A DNA stretch of 54,616 nucleotides, taken from NCBI GenBank assembly GCA_049971805.1, contig JBMFKU010000008.1, positions 1 to 54,616 on the forward strand, in the 5' to 3' direction. Below are positions 54,522-54,616 of the stretch, piece by piece. The DNA is from Caldisphaera sp. (GTDB taxonomy: Archaea > Thermoproteota > Thermoprotei_A > Sulfolobales > Acidilobaceae). The translations under genes and the position numbers were made by a program. The notes under the pieces are model-generated. The model had not been told where the DNA came from, ran no database searches, and was given only the letters and a program-made list of their open reading frames with translations. Each line of letters starts with the position of its first letter. Position 1 is the first letter of the stretch.

Positions 54522-54616
54522 CAAACCTTCTCTTTTAAGTTGGTAATGCTTTTAATGTTTGTTTTAAGTAAAACATGGGGATTATATGCTTCTCTCAGAT
54601 CAACTTGCTGTAGATA
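54522..54616 (+). mobile_element. Second, more decayed IS200/IS605-like end with possible gene-start remnant
   Basis: CAAACCT...GGTAATGCTTTTAATGTTTGTTTTAA resembles 41707-41754; ATG at 54575 stops after 12 codons. Confidence 0.4.

Noticed and set aside
1-54616. CRISPR arrays, tRNA/rRNA, integrases
   Set aside because: No regularly spaced repeats, GC-rich structured RNA blocks or recombinase motifs seen; small C/D-box RNAs cannot be excluded by eye.

Overview
Very AT-rich archaeal chromosomal segment. GGTGA/GAGGTG Shine-Dalgarno (SD) sites, TTTA(A/T)A TATA boxes, PCNA and DGGGP synthase point to a low-GC crenarchaeon, plausibly Caldisphaera-like (inference). The core is a divergent pair of aromatic amino-acid operons: trpB2-A-D-F-E-G-C (minus) and split transketolase-aroF-B-E-C-K-A-D (plus), with ask-asd nearby. 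Flanks hold a stand-alone nurA-herA module with an exact 137-bp promoter/5'-end duplication, pduO plus a degenerate aldehyde dehydrogenase, acyl-CoA catabolic genes, and a decaying catabolic island at about 41.7-54.6 kb. In that island a 1.64-kb inversion splits a CoA-transferase and detaches the promoter of a symporter-hydantoinase operon, two transporter genes are frameshifted at simple repeats, and two IS200/IS605-like end remnants bracket the region. The most novel signal is a leader design shared by all three amino-acid operons: TATA box, strong SD, then a tiny ORF containing xxC-CAA followed by the cognate amino-acid codon (MRQW* for trp; MMEFQW...Y* for aro; MSHQT... for ask-asd). In each case the -1 frame at that point is the productive downstream ORF. 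This suggests an undescribed ribosome-based amino-acid sensing mechanism, which is a hypothesis from three hand-read examples. No rRNA, tRNA or CRISPR array was recognised.
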